From Felis catus (lineage: Eukaryota): 64,000 nt of DNA. The notes beneath the pieces are model-generated. The model was not told where the DNA came from, did no database searches, and saw nothing but the letters and a program-made list of their open reading frames with translations. The DNA lies in assembly GCF_018350175.1 (NCBI RefSeq), contig NC_058368.1, forward strand, positions 52,453,815 to 52,517,814. Reading direction: 5' to 3'. Of this stretch, positions 13,329-27,200 are shown one piece after another. Both the position numbers and the translations under genes were made by a program. Position 1 is the first letter of the stretch. Every line of letters starts with the position of its first letter.

Positions 13329-13539
13329 CAATGATTCATGTACAAATCTAGGGTGTATTTGCATGGAGGCATAGGAAAGAGTAATCTATACAGGAGATCT
13401 ACTAAAGCAGGTAATTCTCAATCCTTAGCTATCCTATGGCCCAGACAGGAAAATTTAGTTGCTCAAGCCTTCAGCAATAGTCTGGGAAAGGACCTCTTCT
13501 TGACAGCTCAGCTTGACCCTGAAGCCCTTATGACTGTGT
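13329..13539. repeat. Right arm of ~211-bp inverted duplication
   Basis: Partner of 12331-12541. Confidence 0.95.
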
Positions 13540-13708
13540 AGAATTTGGGGCAAATGCTTCTTTCCTTTCAAATGGCCCTTGACTCGTAGGCATTTGGTGA
13601 ACTGACAGAATAAGACAGTTCTCTTATTTTTGCAAAATAAACTTTTTTTGGAAGTACATAATAATTTAGCATCCAGAATCTTATATTCTCTTGGTATCTT
13701 CAAACACG

Positions 13709-13904
13709 TTTTTTTTAAGTTTATTCATTTATTTATTTTGAGAGAGAGAGAAGTGAGCAACAGGGGTAGGGGCAGAGAGAGAGGAGAGAGAGAATCCTAA
13801 GCAGGGTCCATGGACACAGGGCTCAACCTCATGAACAGTGAGATCATGTCTTGAGCCAATATCAAGAGTCAAACACTTAACTGACTGAACCACCCAGGTG
13901 CCCC
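13709..13904 (-). mobile_element. CAN-SINE
   Basis: T tail, (GA)n tract, ends ctgactgaaccacccaggtgcccc. Confidence 0.95.
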
Positions 13905-16864
13905 TCTGCAAAGATATTTGTATTAATTGATATGGCTCATCCCACTCTCAAACAGCTTCATGCCCAGACCTTAGTAGAGTATGGTTTTCTAGGTGCATAC
14001 TAGTTACATGAAGACATGGAAATTGACTAGCTGAGTAGTGAGTGAAAAGAATTAGAAATTAAGGGACTCTGATTTTTCTAAGTAGCTAACTGGCCTGCTC
14101 ACATGTCTGCCTCTAAAGAAACATTCTTTTGTTGGCTCAGTTTGTAGGAAAGTTATTGAAAGAAGTATTATGGTCCTTCAATGTGACATTGAAAATTTTT
14201 CACATTTGGGCTCTTGGCTACTCATAAGAAGGCTTCCTTTCCATCCTATGCCTCAACTCTAAAACCACAAATATGCCACTGCCCTTGATTCCTCTTCCAT
14301 GACTGATTTCTCTTTTGCTGTCTCTATCATTGTCTCCTTACAGCTGTAGCTCATTTCTGACAGGCAGCCTCAGGTCACTAGTCTGCTTTGTCCAGGACTG
14401 GAGACCAAACACTGGAAAGTGCCATTCCTGGTGACCATCTTCCTCAATATAGTGGTAGAAGGTAGAATAAAATCCCAGGGAAGGTTTGTGGCTGGAGGGA
14501 TCCTGGGATCTTAACTTGCAGTTAAGGATATAAATCCAATTTAGACAGATATCTGATTCAGATAGACTTAGACCAAAAGACTTAAGAAACCCTGGTCCTG
14601 AAAGAATAACATGCATAAAAGTGACCAAGTTATGATTTAAAAAAAAGAAGAATATACATTCAAGAGTTTAAGAAAGGAGAGAATGATTGGTACAGTGAGG
14701 AGGAAGAGGGATGGAACTGACCAGGAGGGAAAAAATATGGATCTAAATTACTTGGATCATTTTCAACGTTTCTTCTTTACAGCTTCACCATGGAAGGAAG
14801 AGGAGGGAGTATCCCAGGCCCTTCCCAACCACTCTTGGTATCCTGCCGACCTCACAATCCCTTTTTGCCTAGACTAAGCCTCAATTCTGCTGTGCTCTCC
14901 ACATCGTTCTTCACATCACTCCTGTTTTAGTCACTTCTTGGGCATCAACTGACTAACTGACTATTTCTTCCCATGTTATCATTTGGAGATACTTGGAGAC
15001 TTTAGGGCAGAGCTGGTGATATAGAAGTCTCCTCAGAAAATAAGTAAATGAATAAGTAAATAAATAACTTCTCCACAATGTTGGCAGAAGCCAAGTAGAC
15101 AACAGCTCTCCTTAGAGAGACACAATCTTTCTTCACATATGTATATTTCATTTGTTCCCATTCCAAGGGCCAAAGGGGCACTGACTTTCTATCTATGTCT
15201 CAGTCTTTCCTGTGTCTCCAAAATAGTCACTGTTATTGTTCAGAGTACTTGTGAGAGGACAAGGTGAAGAGAAATTGCAACACAAGAAGACAGAGGAGGA
15301 TCTGAACCAAGGCTTAAATGGGTTAAAAGCTTTATTGAGGAGGTGGGAGAGAAATGTGGAACCTGAGCAAAATAGGATAGCAAGGTGTGAATCCAGGAAA
15401 ACGAAGAACTGGGGTGAAAAGTTGGGGGAACACAGAAGGCAAATGCATAAAGGGGGAATTCTAGCTAAATAAAATTCACTTAGACCATATAATCCTCAAA
15501 GTATTATGCATGATGCAGAGTTCAGTAAAATACCACTCCTGTCTCCCAAGATTTACCTTCTATAGGGCAGAAATAGACATGTACAGCAGAAACTGTAATC
15601 TAGGGCCGAATGAAGAAGTACCATAAAAGCAATATCCATAAAGAGGATTCAGAAAACAGGAGTGAGACAAATTCTAACATCTAGGAAAGTCTCAATGAGA
15701 GCAGTAGTTTGACCTGGATCATGAACAGATAAGGCTATAATAGATGAAAATGAAACCGGAAATGATAGGGACAGACTTTCCAGGTGGAGAGGGCAGTATA
15801 AGCAATGCAAGGCAGATATTCAGGAAAGACATGGTCAGGTAACTGGCCTCTTATTTATCCATTCATTCCATTAACGCGCATAGAATATCTCCCTTGTGTC
15901 AGAGCCTCCACTAGGCACAGGAGGAATCAAGTGAATCCAGCTTGGTTTCTGCACCAAGTCTTTTCAACATTGCTAAAATTGAGGTGTATGGAAGGGATGA
16001 GATCCAGATTCCAAAGGGCCATAAATGTCAAACAAGAAACTTGAGTTCTCTTCTATGTTTTCTGTGACTATGTCCCATTCCCTGATGTGAGAAATGGCAT
16101 TATCAGATGTGTGTTTTGAGAAGGTAATTCTGGCAAGAACACCAAGGGAAAGTGTTTTCCAAAACTTTGGTATGGTAATTTAGGGGCCAGGAGAAAACTT
16201 AGCCCTATTAAATGTATAAAATCCAAATAGCCAGTAGCTAGCATGGACAACTTAACCTTTACTGAATGCCGGGCTATTTCAGCCTGAATCTTTCTCCTAT
16301 CAGGTGACTTGTCCCTTCCCACCTCATGTCATCATACTTTGTGACTTCAGTGCCCAGTGGTAACCACCTAGGGAGACAAGAAGCAATTTCTGAGTTTGTA
16401 CCCTATCAAATCTGTGATAAGTCTGGGCTTCATGGTGGCTTAAGCTTGATCAGTGAGGTAGAGAAACTAATGAGGCAACGATTCTGCTGGGTCTGGGCCA
16501 TAAGAAGGATGAATTGAGGGGCTTTCAGGGTATCCCAAGGCAGTGAGACTGCAACACCATGTCAGCTCCCATGTAATCTTGTAATCTTCCTTGGGATACA
16601 TTCTCCTCCTCCTAGAGCTCTAGCCAGAATTACTGATTTAAATATCTATAGCCTTTGACTCGAGCTGTTTCTCTCTAATTCTGTACCCAGCAAAGATGAG
16701 ACCATCTTACTTTTTCCTTATGATCTATCATACTGTTGAAATAATCACAGATCGTCCTTTTATACTATCATCAAGTATTCACCTCAGTCTTCACTTCTCC
16801 AGAGACAATAATTCCAGAATTTATTGCCCTTCTTCATCAGCACTATTTAAAAATCTTAGCACCA

Positions 16865-17069
16865 GGGGCTCCTGGGTGGCTCGGTCGGTTAAGAGTCTGA
16901 CTCTTAGTTTCGGCTCAGGTCATGATCTCACGGTGTGTGAGTTCAAGCCCCGCATTGGGCTCCGTGCTGACACTGCAGAGCCTGCTTGGGATTCTCTCTC
17001 TCCCTTTCTCTCTGCCCCTCCCGCACTCACTCTCTCTGTCGCTCTCTCAAAAACAAATAAAAATTTTTA
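16865..17069 (+). mobile_element. CAN-SINE (feliform type)
   Basis: ggggctcctgggtggctcggtcggttaag head. TSD aaaaatcttagcacca on both sides. Confidence 0.95.
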
Positions 17070-18729
17070 AAAAATCTTAGCACCAGCTTCTTTATTTTCT
17101 TCCAAAACTCTTGACTTTTGCACCATATTTATCCTCTCTTTGAAATGTATATGCTACCCTTGGGTGGCCCACTTGATTAGAGTCAGGAAATCATGACTTT
17201 AATCTTGAGTCTGCCACAAATTGGTGGAGGGAGAAGGAAAGTTATTTAAATACACTGTGTTGTCATTTTTCTAGCAGTAAGAAAGAGAAAAACTCTGGAC
17301 TCACACGAAGATTACATATAATGTATATAAAAGTATTTCTAAAAGTAGAATATGCTTAGGAAATGCAGAGTATTTAAAGAAACAATAATAGCAGCAATAA
17401 TAATAATAGCACCCTAATGGTGAAGGAATAGATTTCAAGCATTCTTCCGCTCTTCCTTCCAGGGACAATCACTCCAACTTTCTCTCCACCAGCCAGATTC
17501 TGTTGAGTATAAAAAGGAAGCTCTTTATCCTTTTATGCCTTCAACAAAATATTTGATTAGCACCTATTATGTGCCAAGCATTGTTCTAGATCTGGAGGTA
17601 CTGCAACTCTTACAGTTATTGTAAATGTTGGATAATGATAGGCTGTACATTAAAATCATGATAGCTGTTTTGTTATAAAATCAATTATTTTATGTCACAG
17701 AGTAAAAATATAAACTTTGATCGTGTTCAAATATATTCTATTTGAAAACTATTGCAAAGAAAATTTTCATTTTGCCCATACCAATTTCAGAAGAAATCAT
17801 TTTTATTTTATCTATAAATTATAACACATACATCCTGATGAAAGTCATCTTTTTTGTACTCCATGTGGGAATTGAAAGGAAATGGATGGAGGGGGGTAGG
17901 GGAGAACAGAATGCAAATGTGCATTGAGTGCCAAAATTGTTCTAACTGATTTCAAACCCAGAATCTCATACATGCACTCCACATTTTATCTTAGAATGTG
18001 CTGAGTCCCCCAACTATTTCCTCTGCCATGAAGGTCTACAGTGGATCAATGGCAGCATGTGGTCCTTTCTTGTTCTGGAACATAAAAAACACCTTGACAT
18101 GATTTTCCCATTGAATCCAGTGGAGGAATGATTCTGTCATATAAAACTGACACCAGACATGTATTCCCCGGGAGACTCAGGTTACCCAGAGAGGCCAGGT
18201 CATAAGTAATGTACAAGAATTGACATTTTACCTCTTTTGCCACTGAGATGTTTTCCTAGGCTATGTCTCTTGTTCTCTCTAACTTCTTTTCACCACTGGG
18301 TCCAGTACAGGTCTTCCACTCCGTGCTACCAGATCTTCATTCTTTTGCTGTTAATTCTAGAATAGAATGGATTCCAAATTTTGACTACCTTGAATGATAC
18401 CCAAGAGGATTTTATTTCTGAAATGCCCAAAGGCATTAATGAGAAGCTACATTCGTTTCTAATGCAATCTCAAGACATCGTAGGCCCCAAATTACTTTTT
18501 TTTCTTGACTATAATTGTCATTTGTTGAACAGTCTGCAAGTTATCATTTCAACATTCAGTGGCTCCTAACTTGGGGGAAATTTAGAAAGTGGATTTCAGA
18601 TATTGTTTTTCCCTTTGTTCTAAAAGTGAACACCACCACTACATTCTTTCTGCTGTCTGCACAAAATCATGAGGATGTTCCCCATTCTTTCATACCTTCA
18701 GAAATTATTTGCCCTGTATGGACTAGGTC

Positions 18730-19450
18730 TTAGACACTGTTTTAGCAACTGAGAATAATGCAATTCATAAGTTAGACTGTGAGTTTCCTGCCTTAGTTGT
18801 GGATCATGCTTACTAATAGAGGAAGACATAAAAGAAACAAGAAAATCAATAAATAGTTTCAGATACTGATAAGTGTTGTGATATCCATATCAAGGAGAAA
18901 TGGAGGGGGGTGACTAGAAAAGACTGATTTCAGTAAAACCTGTCTGTGGAAGTAATATCTGAGGAGGAACCAGCGGAGCAAAGAACCTGGGAAAGATATT
19001 TCCAGGCAGAAAGAACCAGAAATCCTAAAGCCTTGAGGCAAGAACAAGCTTGTTCCAGGCACAAAGACAAAAAATGAACAACATACAAATAAGATCTGAG
19101 AGTTGAGCAAGAAACAGATCAAAAGATCCTTTGCAGGTTTTAATAAAGTGTGTGAATTTTATTTAAGTGTGACAGTAAACAAGTGGAGAGTTTTTAAGTA
19201 AAAAAGCTACCGTGTGAGAAATGGTCTGAAGGGTAACAAGATAGGGTGCATATACAAAAGTTAGTGATGGTCCAGGCAACTTGGCCTATGTTGGGGGCTG
19301 TAGAGATGGAATGTAATAGGCTAATTTGGGATGTTTTAGGGGTAAATAATGATAAAACTGATAGGTTGGATGCTTGAAATGAGAGAAAGAAAGAAATTGA
19401 GGATGGATGGCCGTAGCCCCAATAAGGATACAACAGGAAGTTACTATGGA
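18730..19450 (-). mobile_element. L2 LINE fragment
   Basis: Purine-rich antisense L2 motifs (ttccaggcagaaagaaccagaaatcctaaagccttgaggcaagaacaagctt; aaaactgataggttggatg). Confidence 0.7.
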
Positions 19451-20705
19451 GCTAAAAATATAACTTAGACAAGACACATCCCTAAAGCCTCTCTCCTCTG
19501 GGCTTAAACAGCAGACAGTAGTCCATTTTTCCAAGATGGTTCCTAGCCCATGGTACAGTGGTAACACCTGTCTCTCCCACTTGACTGAGAGTTCCCAGGG
19601 AATAAGAACCACATCTAATTCATCATATAATAATTGAGTTAATGAATCAGAGAGTATGTGAGTTAATGAGGAAGATTTACTCCTGTCTCCCAGAGATGTG
19701 TATCTTTCTTCTCTTTAGGCAATTGTGCAGCAAATGATACATAAGCCAAGATTTTCTCCCCTGTGGGATACAGCATGGTGTATACATCTTGCTCACCTGG
19801 AAAGTCTCAAATACAGAAAGAGAAAGAAAACTATTCTTTCTCACCACCCATTTCCTCACAATTCTCCACACAAGAACTCTCAGCTCAGCTTGTGTTTTCA
19901 ATAGTGTCTGTGCTTTTGTTTGGAAATGAAGGCAACAGAGAACCAACGGCAGTTATTACACGGAGATAGTGTGTGGAAAGCATTTACCACAGACTTGGCA
20001 CGTAGTAGGTGTGTAACAATTGGGAGTGGTTATTATTCAAAAAATTGGTAGTGATCATTACTACCTCCAACTGATGCTCAAGACTGCTTCCTGATTTTCA
20101 TATTTTAAAGATGTTGGCCCTATTTCCTAGAATATTCTATTGAGAAGAACTTGTTATTGTTTGAGTTTAATAGGACTGAAGCGGTAGGCCAGGTAATGTG
20201 GCCAGGGAATACGGCATCAAAGGATCGGTCACAATACTAGGACGTGGTACATTGTTCTGCCCTTCACTAAGCACTCACCGTGTGTCAGACACGCTGCTCT
20301 GTGCCAGAGATAGAAAATGAGTGTGACACACTTCTTACCCTTGAGAGTCTCCTAGTCTAGGAAGAGACATACAAACGTAAGCAAATAAGTACAATCCAAA
20401 ATGACGCTAATTGCAGGTGGCAGAATACAATCCCAGTAAAGACTGTGATCAGTTACATCTTATGGTGGGTGGTGGAAGGTGAAAGGATCAGGAAAGCCTG
20501 CACAAAGAAGGTGAAACTTGAGAAGGGTTTTGAAATATGACCAAGAGAACAAGTGTGGTAGGGCAGTCTGGCCCGAGAAAAACAACATATGTCATCAATT
20601 TATTCAAGAGACACTTAGGCCAATGTTCTCATGGACTAATAGTAACGTCGGTACTTTATAACCAAAATTGAACTTTAAAAAAAATCTGTCACTTATTATT
20701 ATTAC

Positions 20706-20995
20706 TTTCTTTTTTTAGTTGAGAGATATTTGACATATAACATGGTATTCATTCTAGGTGAACACCATAATGATTTGATATTAGGTATAGACTGTGGACC
20801 GATACAACAATAAGTCTAGTTCACATCCACCACCTCGCATAGTTACAATATTTTCCTTACAATGTGAACTTTCCAAGTCTACACTCTTAGCAACTTTCAT
20901 ATATATAATACAGTGTTGTTAACTATAGTCACCATGCTGTTCATTACATCCTCAGGACTTATTTTATCTCTCTAAGTTTGTGCCTTCTGACCATC
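20706..20995 (-). mobile_element. L1MA-type 3' end
   Basis: ttgacatataac..tactcttagcaactttc-like motif..tgttaactatagtcaccatgctgt..ttacatcctcaggacttatt. Confidence 0.85.
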
Positions 20996-21520
20996 TTAGA
21001 ATATGATTTCCATTTAACGATGCAGATTGGAGTACCAATGCTAATAGATGAGTTTTTCCTGAAATATTTTTAACAGAATACTTATTGTACTGGATTTTCA
21101 GAGATTTCACAGGCAGATAAATTCTCTGGTCAAGACCATTTGGTAAACAGTAGATTTAACAAAATTAGACAGTTCTCTCAGTTTAATTTAATATGAATAG
21201 CTAATAGGAAGAAACAACATGCAGTGTTTCCAGACATATTTGATCATGGAGTTCTTTTTTCCACTGATCTTCCAGGAAGAATATTCTAGAGATAGATTTT
21301 TAAAAGACAATAGAACTAAACAAGTTGCTCACTTATGATTGAAAGTAATTTAAGTGTCTAACAATTTGTGCTTCAATGTTGTTATCTGAAAAATGCTAGT
21401 ACTGCCTTCCTTCAACTTTCCTCTCATGGTTGCCACGACCATCATTTGCTCTGTGACTGACAAATACATCAAGGAATGAAGCCGTGTGGCATTTCCTCCC
21501 AGATGGGCAGCCCAACCCCG

Positions 21521-21895
21521 GGTATTAGTTTTCTAGGACAGTCATAACAAAGTACTATGCATTGGGTGACTTAAACAAAAGAACTTCCTTTTTTCACACT
21601 TGGAGAGTCTAAATGTCAAAGATCAACCTGTTGGCATGGTGGTTTCTTCTTGGCCTGAAGATGGCTGCCTTCTTCCTGTGTCTCCACACGGCCTTCCTGC
21701 TGTGCATGTCTGTGTCCTAATCTCCTCTTCTTAAAGGATGCTAGTTATATTGGATTAGAGCCCATCCCAATAATCTCATTTTAACTCAATTACCTTTTTA
21801 ATGACCTTATCTCCAAATACAGTCACATTCTGAGGTACTGGGGGTTAGGATTTCAACATACGAATTTGGGAGAGGATACAATTTAGCCCTTAACA
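21521..21895 (-). mobile_element. MaLR solo LTR (MLT1A/B-like)
   Basis: gtattagttttctaggac..cataacaaagtac..ctccaaatacagtcacattctgaggtactgggggttaggatttcaacatacgaattt..gcccttaaca. Confidence 0.9.
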
Positions 21896-22262
21896 GCCTC
21901 AGCCACAGTAGTCCAAACTCAAGATCTCCAATTACTCAAAACTGATCAATGTTAACCAAACATGAAAGAGAAGAGTCATAAGGTAAAAGGAAAACTACAT
22001 AAAGCTTATAGCCTAGGGTGACAGCTGTCAATTTCTCATGGAAAATGTTCATCAAAAGTCAAATAGTTAAGTGAAATTAGAGCAAAGTTGTTAGTAGTTG
22101 GTGAATTCTGAAGGGCTATTACATCATGTCCACTTAGGAATGTCAATTAACTAAACCTCACACCCTCTCCACTGAGGATTCCAGAGACAGAAATACATGT
22201 TAGCATTTATCTTTCTGGGTTCATACCCATACCTGACTCTTAGTTAAGAATTCTTGGTTCTT

Positions 22263-22480
22263 GGGGTGGCTGGGTGGCTTAGTTGGTTAGGCGTCTGACT
22301 TCGGCTCAGGTCATGATCTTGCGGTCCACGACTTGGAGCCCCATGTCGTGCTCTGTGCTGACAGCTCACAGCCTGGAGCCTGCTTCAGAGTCTGTGTCTC
22401 CCTCTCTGTCTGCCCCTTCCCCATTCGCACTCTGTCTCTCGCTCTCAAAAACAAATAAACATTAAAAAAAAAAAAAAAAA
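22263..22480 (+). mobile_element. CAN-SINE (SINEC_Fc-like)
   Basis: Full head, CT tract and poly-A. Perfect 17-bp TSD aagaattcttggttctt. Confidence 0.97.
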
Positions 22481-23082
22481 GAATTCTTGGTTCTTCAGCA
22501 AGCCTATGTTTCAGACCTGAATATACTTTCTAATCATCTCAATAGAGTTTGTATATTTCCCAAATCTCACATGTTAATATGAATTTTTTAGGGCAAGATA
22601 CTTATACAAATATCCATCAACACTTTTTGCTGGTTTTTTATTACTTTAATTCTTAGAAGGTGTTCATTTTCTATAATCCCAAGTTATAGATGTGTTTTAT
22701 TGTAACAACCTACATACTATCTATAATATTTAATTTCTAATAATATTTTTATAATTATAATTTAGATATACTAACATAATTCATGTGTTAGATTGGATAT
22801 TAGGAACTGAGTGATAAGGGTCAAATTTGGCTAGTGCTATTAAACTAACCATCCTAAGATCAATGGGAGTTTTGTTTTTCTTTTTTTGCTTGTTGGGACC
22901 AGAAATCACCTAGCATTTAGCTCTTAGGACAACAAAGAAAGAACTAACCCAAATGGTTCTTTAAGCAATGACAAACATACTTTGGTCGCAGCCTAGCCCT
23001 CATACTAACAAAGCTCACGTCTGTTTGGAATCCTCCACATGCTTTGTAACTCTACTGTGTCTCCAGTACTCACCCCATAACG

Positions 23083-23196
23083 TAGGATGATCAATCACCT
23101 GGTTTTCCCGAGATTGAGGAGTTCCATGGGATTCAGGACTTTTCACTGCTATAACCCTAAAAGTCCTGGGCAAACTAGAAGGTGCTGGTCACCCTA
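23083..23196. mobile_element. MER94/MER81-like hAT-Blackjack MITE
   Basis: TIRs taggatgatcaa / ctggtcacccta, with internal gggattcaggacttttc..aaagtcctgggcaaact. Confidence 0.75.
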
Positions 23197-24019
23197 CAAA
23201 GTCGTAGGTAAACACACTGAATACAAGTCTCAAGAACTTTCAAGGAATTCTGCCCCAAATGCCTTCCAGCCCCCACACCCTCTTCTTTTCAAAACTCTTC
23301 CTCGTTTAGCCATAACTCAACTGTAATTTCCTCTGTAAGCATTTCCTATCTGCCTTCCCTCCCAATCACAGCCTTAATTGCCCTTTGAAGGCCTCACAGC
23401 ACTCCTTCATGCCTCCAGTGATTAATTCTAATTACCTTCTTCTTTGGTTCCCCTTCGCTGGGCAGGATACTTAATGGCACTGACCATACCTTACTCATAA
23501 CGCCAGCCTCAGTACCTGCCCAGGTTTTGACACTTAACGTTTTCCTGAATGGGCGAATAAGAGCATTTTCCTAAGCCTCTAAGTATATTAAAGTCTCCAA
23601 AACTGAGGATTTAAAAGAATCCTATAGATAAGCTGGCTTCCTGTCGTGATTTGGAGTCAGGAGGCCCGGCGTTCTGAAACTTCCCCTTATTATCTGTAGC
23701 CCTGTGAGCAGGTAACTTAGCTAATTTGAGTCCATTTGCTCATCTGTGAAACACAGGTCATAATAATTTCCTCTCAAGCTGTTGGGTGGACCAAACAAGA
23801 CGACATTCATAAGGAGAAGTTTGTAATTATTATCACTGTTACATTATTCGGTGAAGAAGGAAAATATGCCACTGGAAAGCCTGTGCAGAATCACCGAGTG
23901 ACCACGCATCTTCGGCTAGAACTTGATCTCTCCGAATGAGGCAGGTCACCCATTCCCTCACCTGCTTCGCATTAAACATAATTTCATATCTTATTACCGT
24001 CCCTTTCACTCTTCTCTAA

Positions 24020-24210
24020 ATAGTAGCTAGTTTGCTTGGGTCTCTCAGGCTCAGAATTGGGCATAACAGTCCAGATGTGGTCTGAGCAGTAATAAATATC
24101 CTCTCCTAGATTCTAGACTCTTACACATCTATTAACTGATCCGAGGCACCCTTTAGCTGTTTTGGGCGCAGTCTAATCATACTGCTGGCCTACACTGAGC
24201 CTCAATTGAA
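24020..24210 (-). mobile_element. L3/CR1 fragment
   Basis: ctcagaattgggcataacagtccagatgtggtctgagcag..tagctgttttg..atcatactgctggcctacactgagc resembles antisense CR1 ORF2. Confidence 0.6.
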
Positions 24211-27200
24211 AAAATAACATCATTCTTTCTATTTTTCTTCTTTTTTTTTTTTTTCTTTTTGTTTCTTTGACACTCTCTGGCTTCCAAAGGAAGATGCCCT
24301 TGAGCTGCCTTTTCCCTTCTTGAGCGATTATGGAACTAATGAATGGAAAAGTGTGCAGAAAATAAAACAACAGTTTCTGCCTTCTCCCAGGCCAAGAGTA
24401 GAGACTGAATAAATATGTGTTCTTTGCATTTTCCACTTGTGATTGGCAACACTAAGATTCACTTTCTTGCGTGCTTGTTTCGAATGTACAAGTTTATCTG
24501 GCTTTAGGTTTGGAACACTCACTAATGCTTTGATGCACTAAGACACAGTTTTCACTGGAAGGGCTTTTATTAAGTGGACAGCTAGGGTGTCACAGGCAAG
24601 ATATTTGCACAGTACATTAATTTAGAGAGGAAAAGGTTTCTGTGTAACTTAACCAGGCTGAACAGCTATTTCCACTTTACCTGAATAAAGTATTTTCATG
24701 TTTTATCACACTAGTTTGCAACTGCAAAAGCTTCACCCAGTTTTTAAGAGTAGCTATGAACTGTCAGGATACATTATGTGGAATGAAGGCTGACAGCTCA
24801 AGGCTTGAAAGTAAAATACATTTTATTGTTTAAAAGCATCTCTCACCACCTCACCTCCATCCCGCTCCCAAACCCCACCTATCCCATAGCCCCTCACAGA
24901 CACCCCTCTCCTGGTCGGCAATGAGATACACTACAAACATTCTGAAATGGTTTAATCCTCATTAAACAACACTACATGAGGGAGAATCCTGGAGGCAGGA
25001 GGTTCTTTTCTTATTTGAAGATAAATAATGAGAATGAGGACAGAGTAGTCTTGTGTGTGTACGAGGAAAAGATTTCACGGCAGTGTAGACACTGAAAGGA
25101 AAAAAAGAATGTTTGCTCAGGTATCATCCTGAGAAGGGTTATTATCCACACAATTGCATGCACCCTTGGTATCTAGAAGTTTCCTGAAGTTGCTAACTTA
25201 TGGTCCATCAGAAGAAAGGCAGCAATGTGAAATCACTCTTTACAACATCTGCTCGTGGAACCCTCCAGTCCTTGAAACAAGGTCCTCCAGGCCCCAGTTC
25301 TGGTGTTTCTGGTCCTTGGTAGAATTTCTCTGCCAGAGAGGAGTTTTTCTAGGATCTCTCAAATCACCCAAAAGGTCATACACACCCATCAGTTATCCCT
25401 CCTATATTCTGAAGACCGATATTCTAGAAAACACCGGAAGAGGAGTCTTGCCTTGGCCAATGGGCACTCTCCTCCACTGCTACCTACCTCTTACCACAGC
25501 GTCACCATGATTGAAGAGGCAGGCTTCTATTCAGAGCATACACTGCCGGAAAGAATGGACCGGGGAAAAAATTAACGCACAAACGCAAACCTTTCGTTGT
25601 TAATGATATTCTACAATAGAAGCCTAATCTCCTACGTATATTATCATCTGGCAAACTAGTTACACATTTAATAAGATTTTGCTGTATAAATTATAAATGA
25701 AATAAACAATTCTGTCACCACGGTGTGCAATGAATACAGCACATGTTATATGTAAATATATTAGTCATTTGCCTTTTGTTTATGTGTCACCGAAATCCAT
25801 TTTCTTTATGGTGTATTTTCTATTCCCTACGGGCTCCAACCAAAGTCGTTTCAACCATACACATACCGGCCTTTAAAGTGGAATTATGTTGTTATTGTCC
25901 TTTTCCTGCCCAGTTTTAATAACACCTGCTTTTGTGCCAGTTTCATTTACTGCTGCAAATTGTAATTCAACAGAGAACAACAACAAAAACAGCAAAAATC
26001 CCAACCACCCTAACAGCCAATGTGACTCCAGAAAGGAGCTGTGTGATATATTGACACAATACAGAAAACATATTGAAACAATTTTTATTCTCATTATTTT
26101 TCCCCCAAATTAAATACACCCCATAAAGCAAGTTTACATATTCTGCATGCCTCCTCCCCCACTCCCAACGAAACCCAAACCTTTGGCTTTTAATGAGATA
26201 ATTTTTTAAAAAACAGAATCAACTGTTCAGCCTTTCTTTCAAGTGGTGGCATTTTTATTTTAAGCCGAGAAGCATAAATGCACGAAGGATGCAAATGTGG
26301 GCTCTTTCAATGGCTCACCACAGCGTGACAGCTGTGGACGGGATCAAGACAAAAGCCGTGACTGCTCCAAGAAAATGATGGCTTAGGCATCTCCGGCCCA
26401 ATCAATAATCTGGCATGTTGAGGTCAATCACTGCACGGCCATATTCAGTTCAAGCCAGTCAAAGATTATTAGTTTGATGCCCAGCGGCTATTTCTTTCTG
26501 CTGGGGATGGCAGACAGAGAGCCTGTATGTGTGTCTTCAGAACCAAATGGAGGAAGCCTAACTATTTATAACAACAGAAGCACTGGCACCGGATTTTCAG
26601 AGAAATTCCACGTTTGTGAGGAATGATACCCTACGATATTCTCCGAGCTGAGAAATCCTTCTTCCTAAACTGTCACTCAGCTAATTTTGTGTTTCATCCG
26701 TTCCAAAGAAAAGAATGTTGTTAAACCCTTGCTATGTTCTGGGCCCTCATCCAGGACCCGGGGAAGCAAGTAGAATAAAACTCTCTTCTTATCCCCATAA
26801 AGGGGTGAATCTGGAAGATTCTCCCAAGGTGCTAATGGCTCTAAATATGCCCCCAACCTTTGCATTCCCGTCCTTCTAATTTCCCCCCTCCCCCAATGAC
26901 CCCCATGCCTTGGCAGATAGGTCCTGGGACAGAGAAGAGTGGTAGCAGGATCGGCATTGTTCGAGATCATTTATCGCTAAGAGGATGCAGCTCCGGCCAA
27001 AAAGAATGGTTACAAGTGGGTTGCGGAGAGCATCTTAACCATCATGAACTACTAAGAAAGAGGGCCGCAGAATTAACCACAGAGAAGCAGTTTTGCACTG
27101 ACCTGTGGTTCCTCCCCTGCAGTCCACCGCCTGTCTATGGGGCTCGCGTGTGTTTGCTAACGGGAACCACACTGTGGTGAGGAGGCCTCCATGGGAGGAT

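Noticed and set aside
12299..13541. Apparent paralogous small-protein pair MYKSRVYLHGG..
   Set aside because: A by-product of the inverted DNA duplication. Most substitutions change amino acids and the C-termini differ, so there is no sign of coding constraint.
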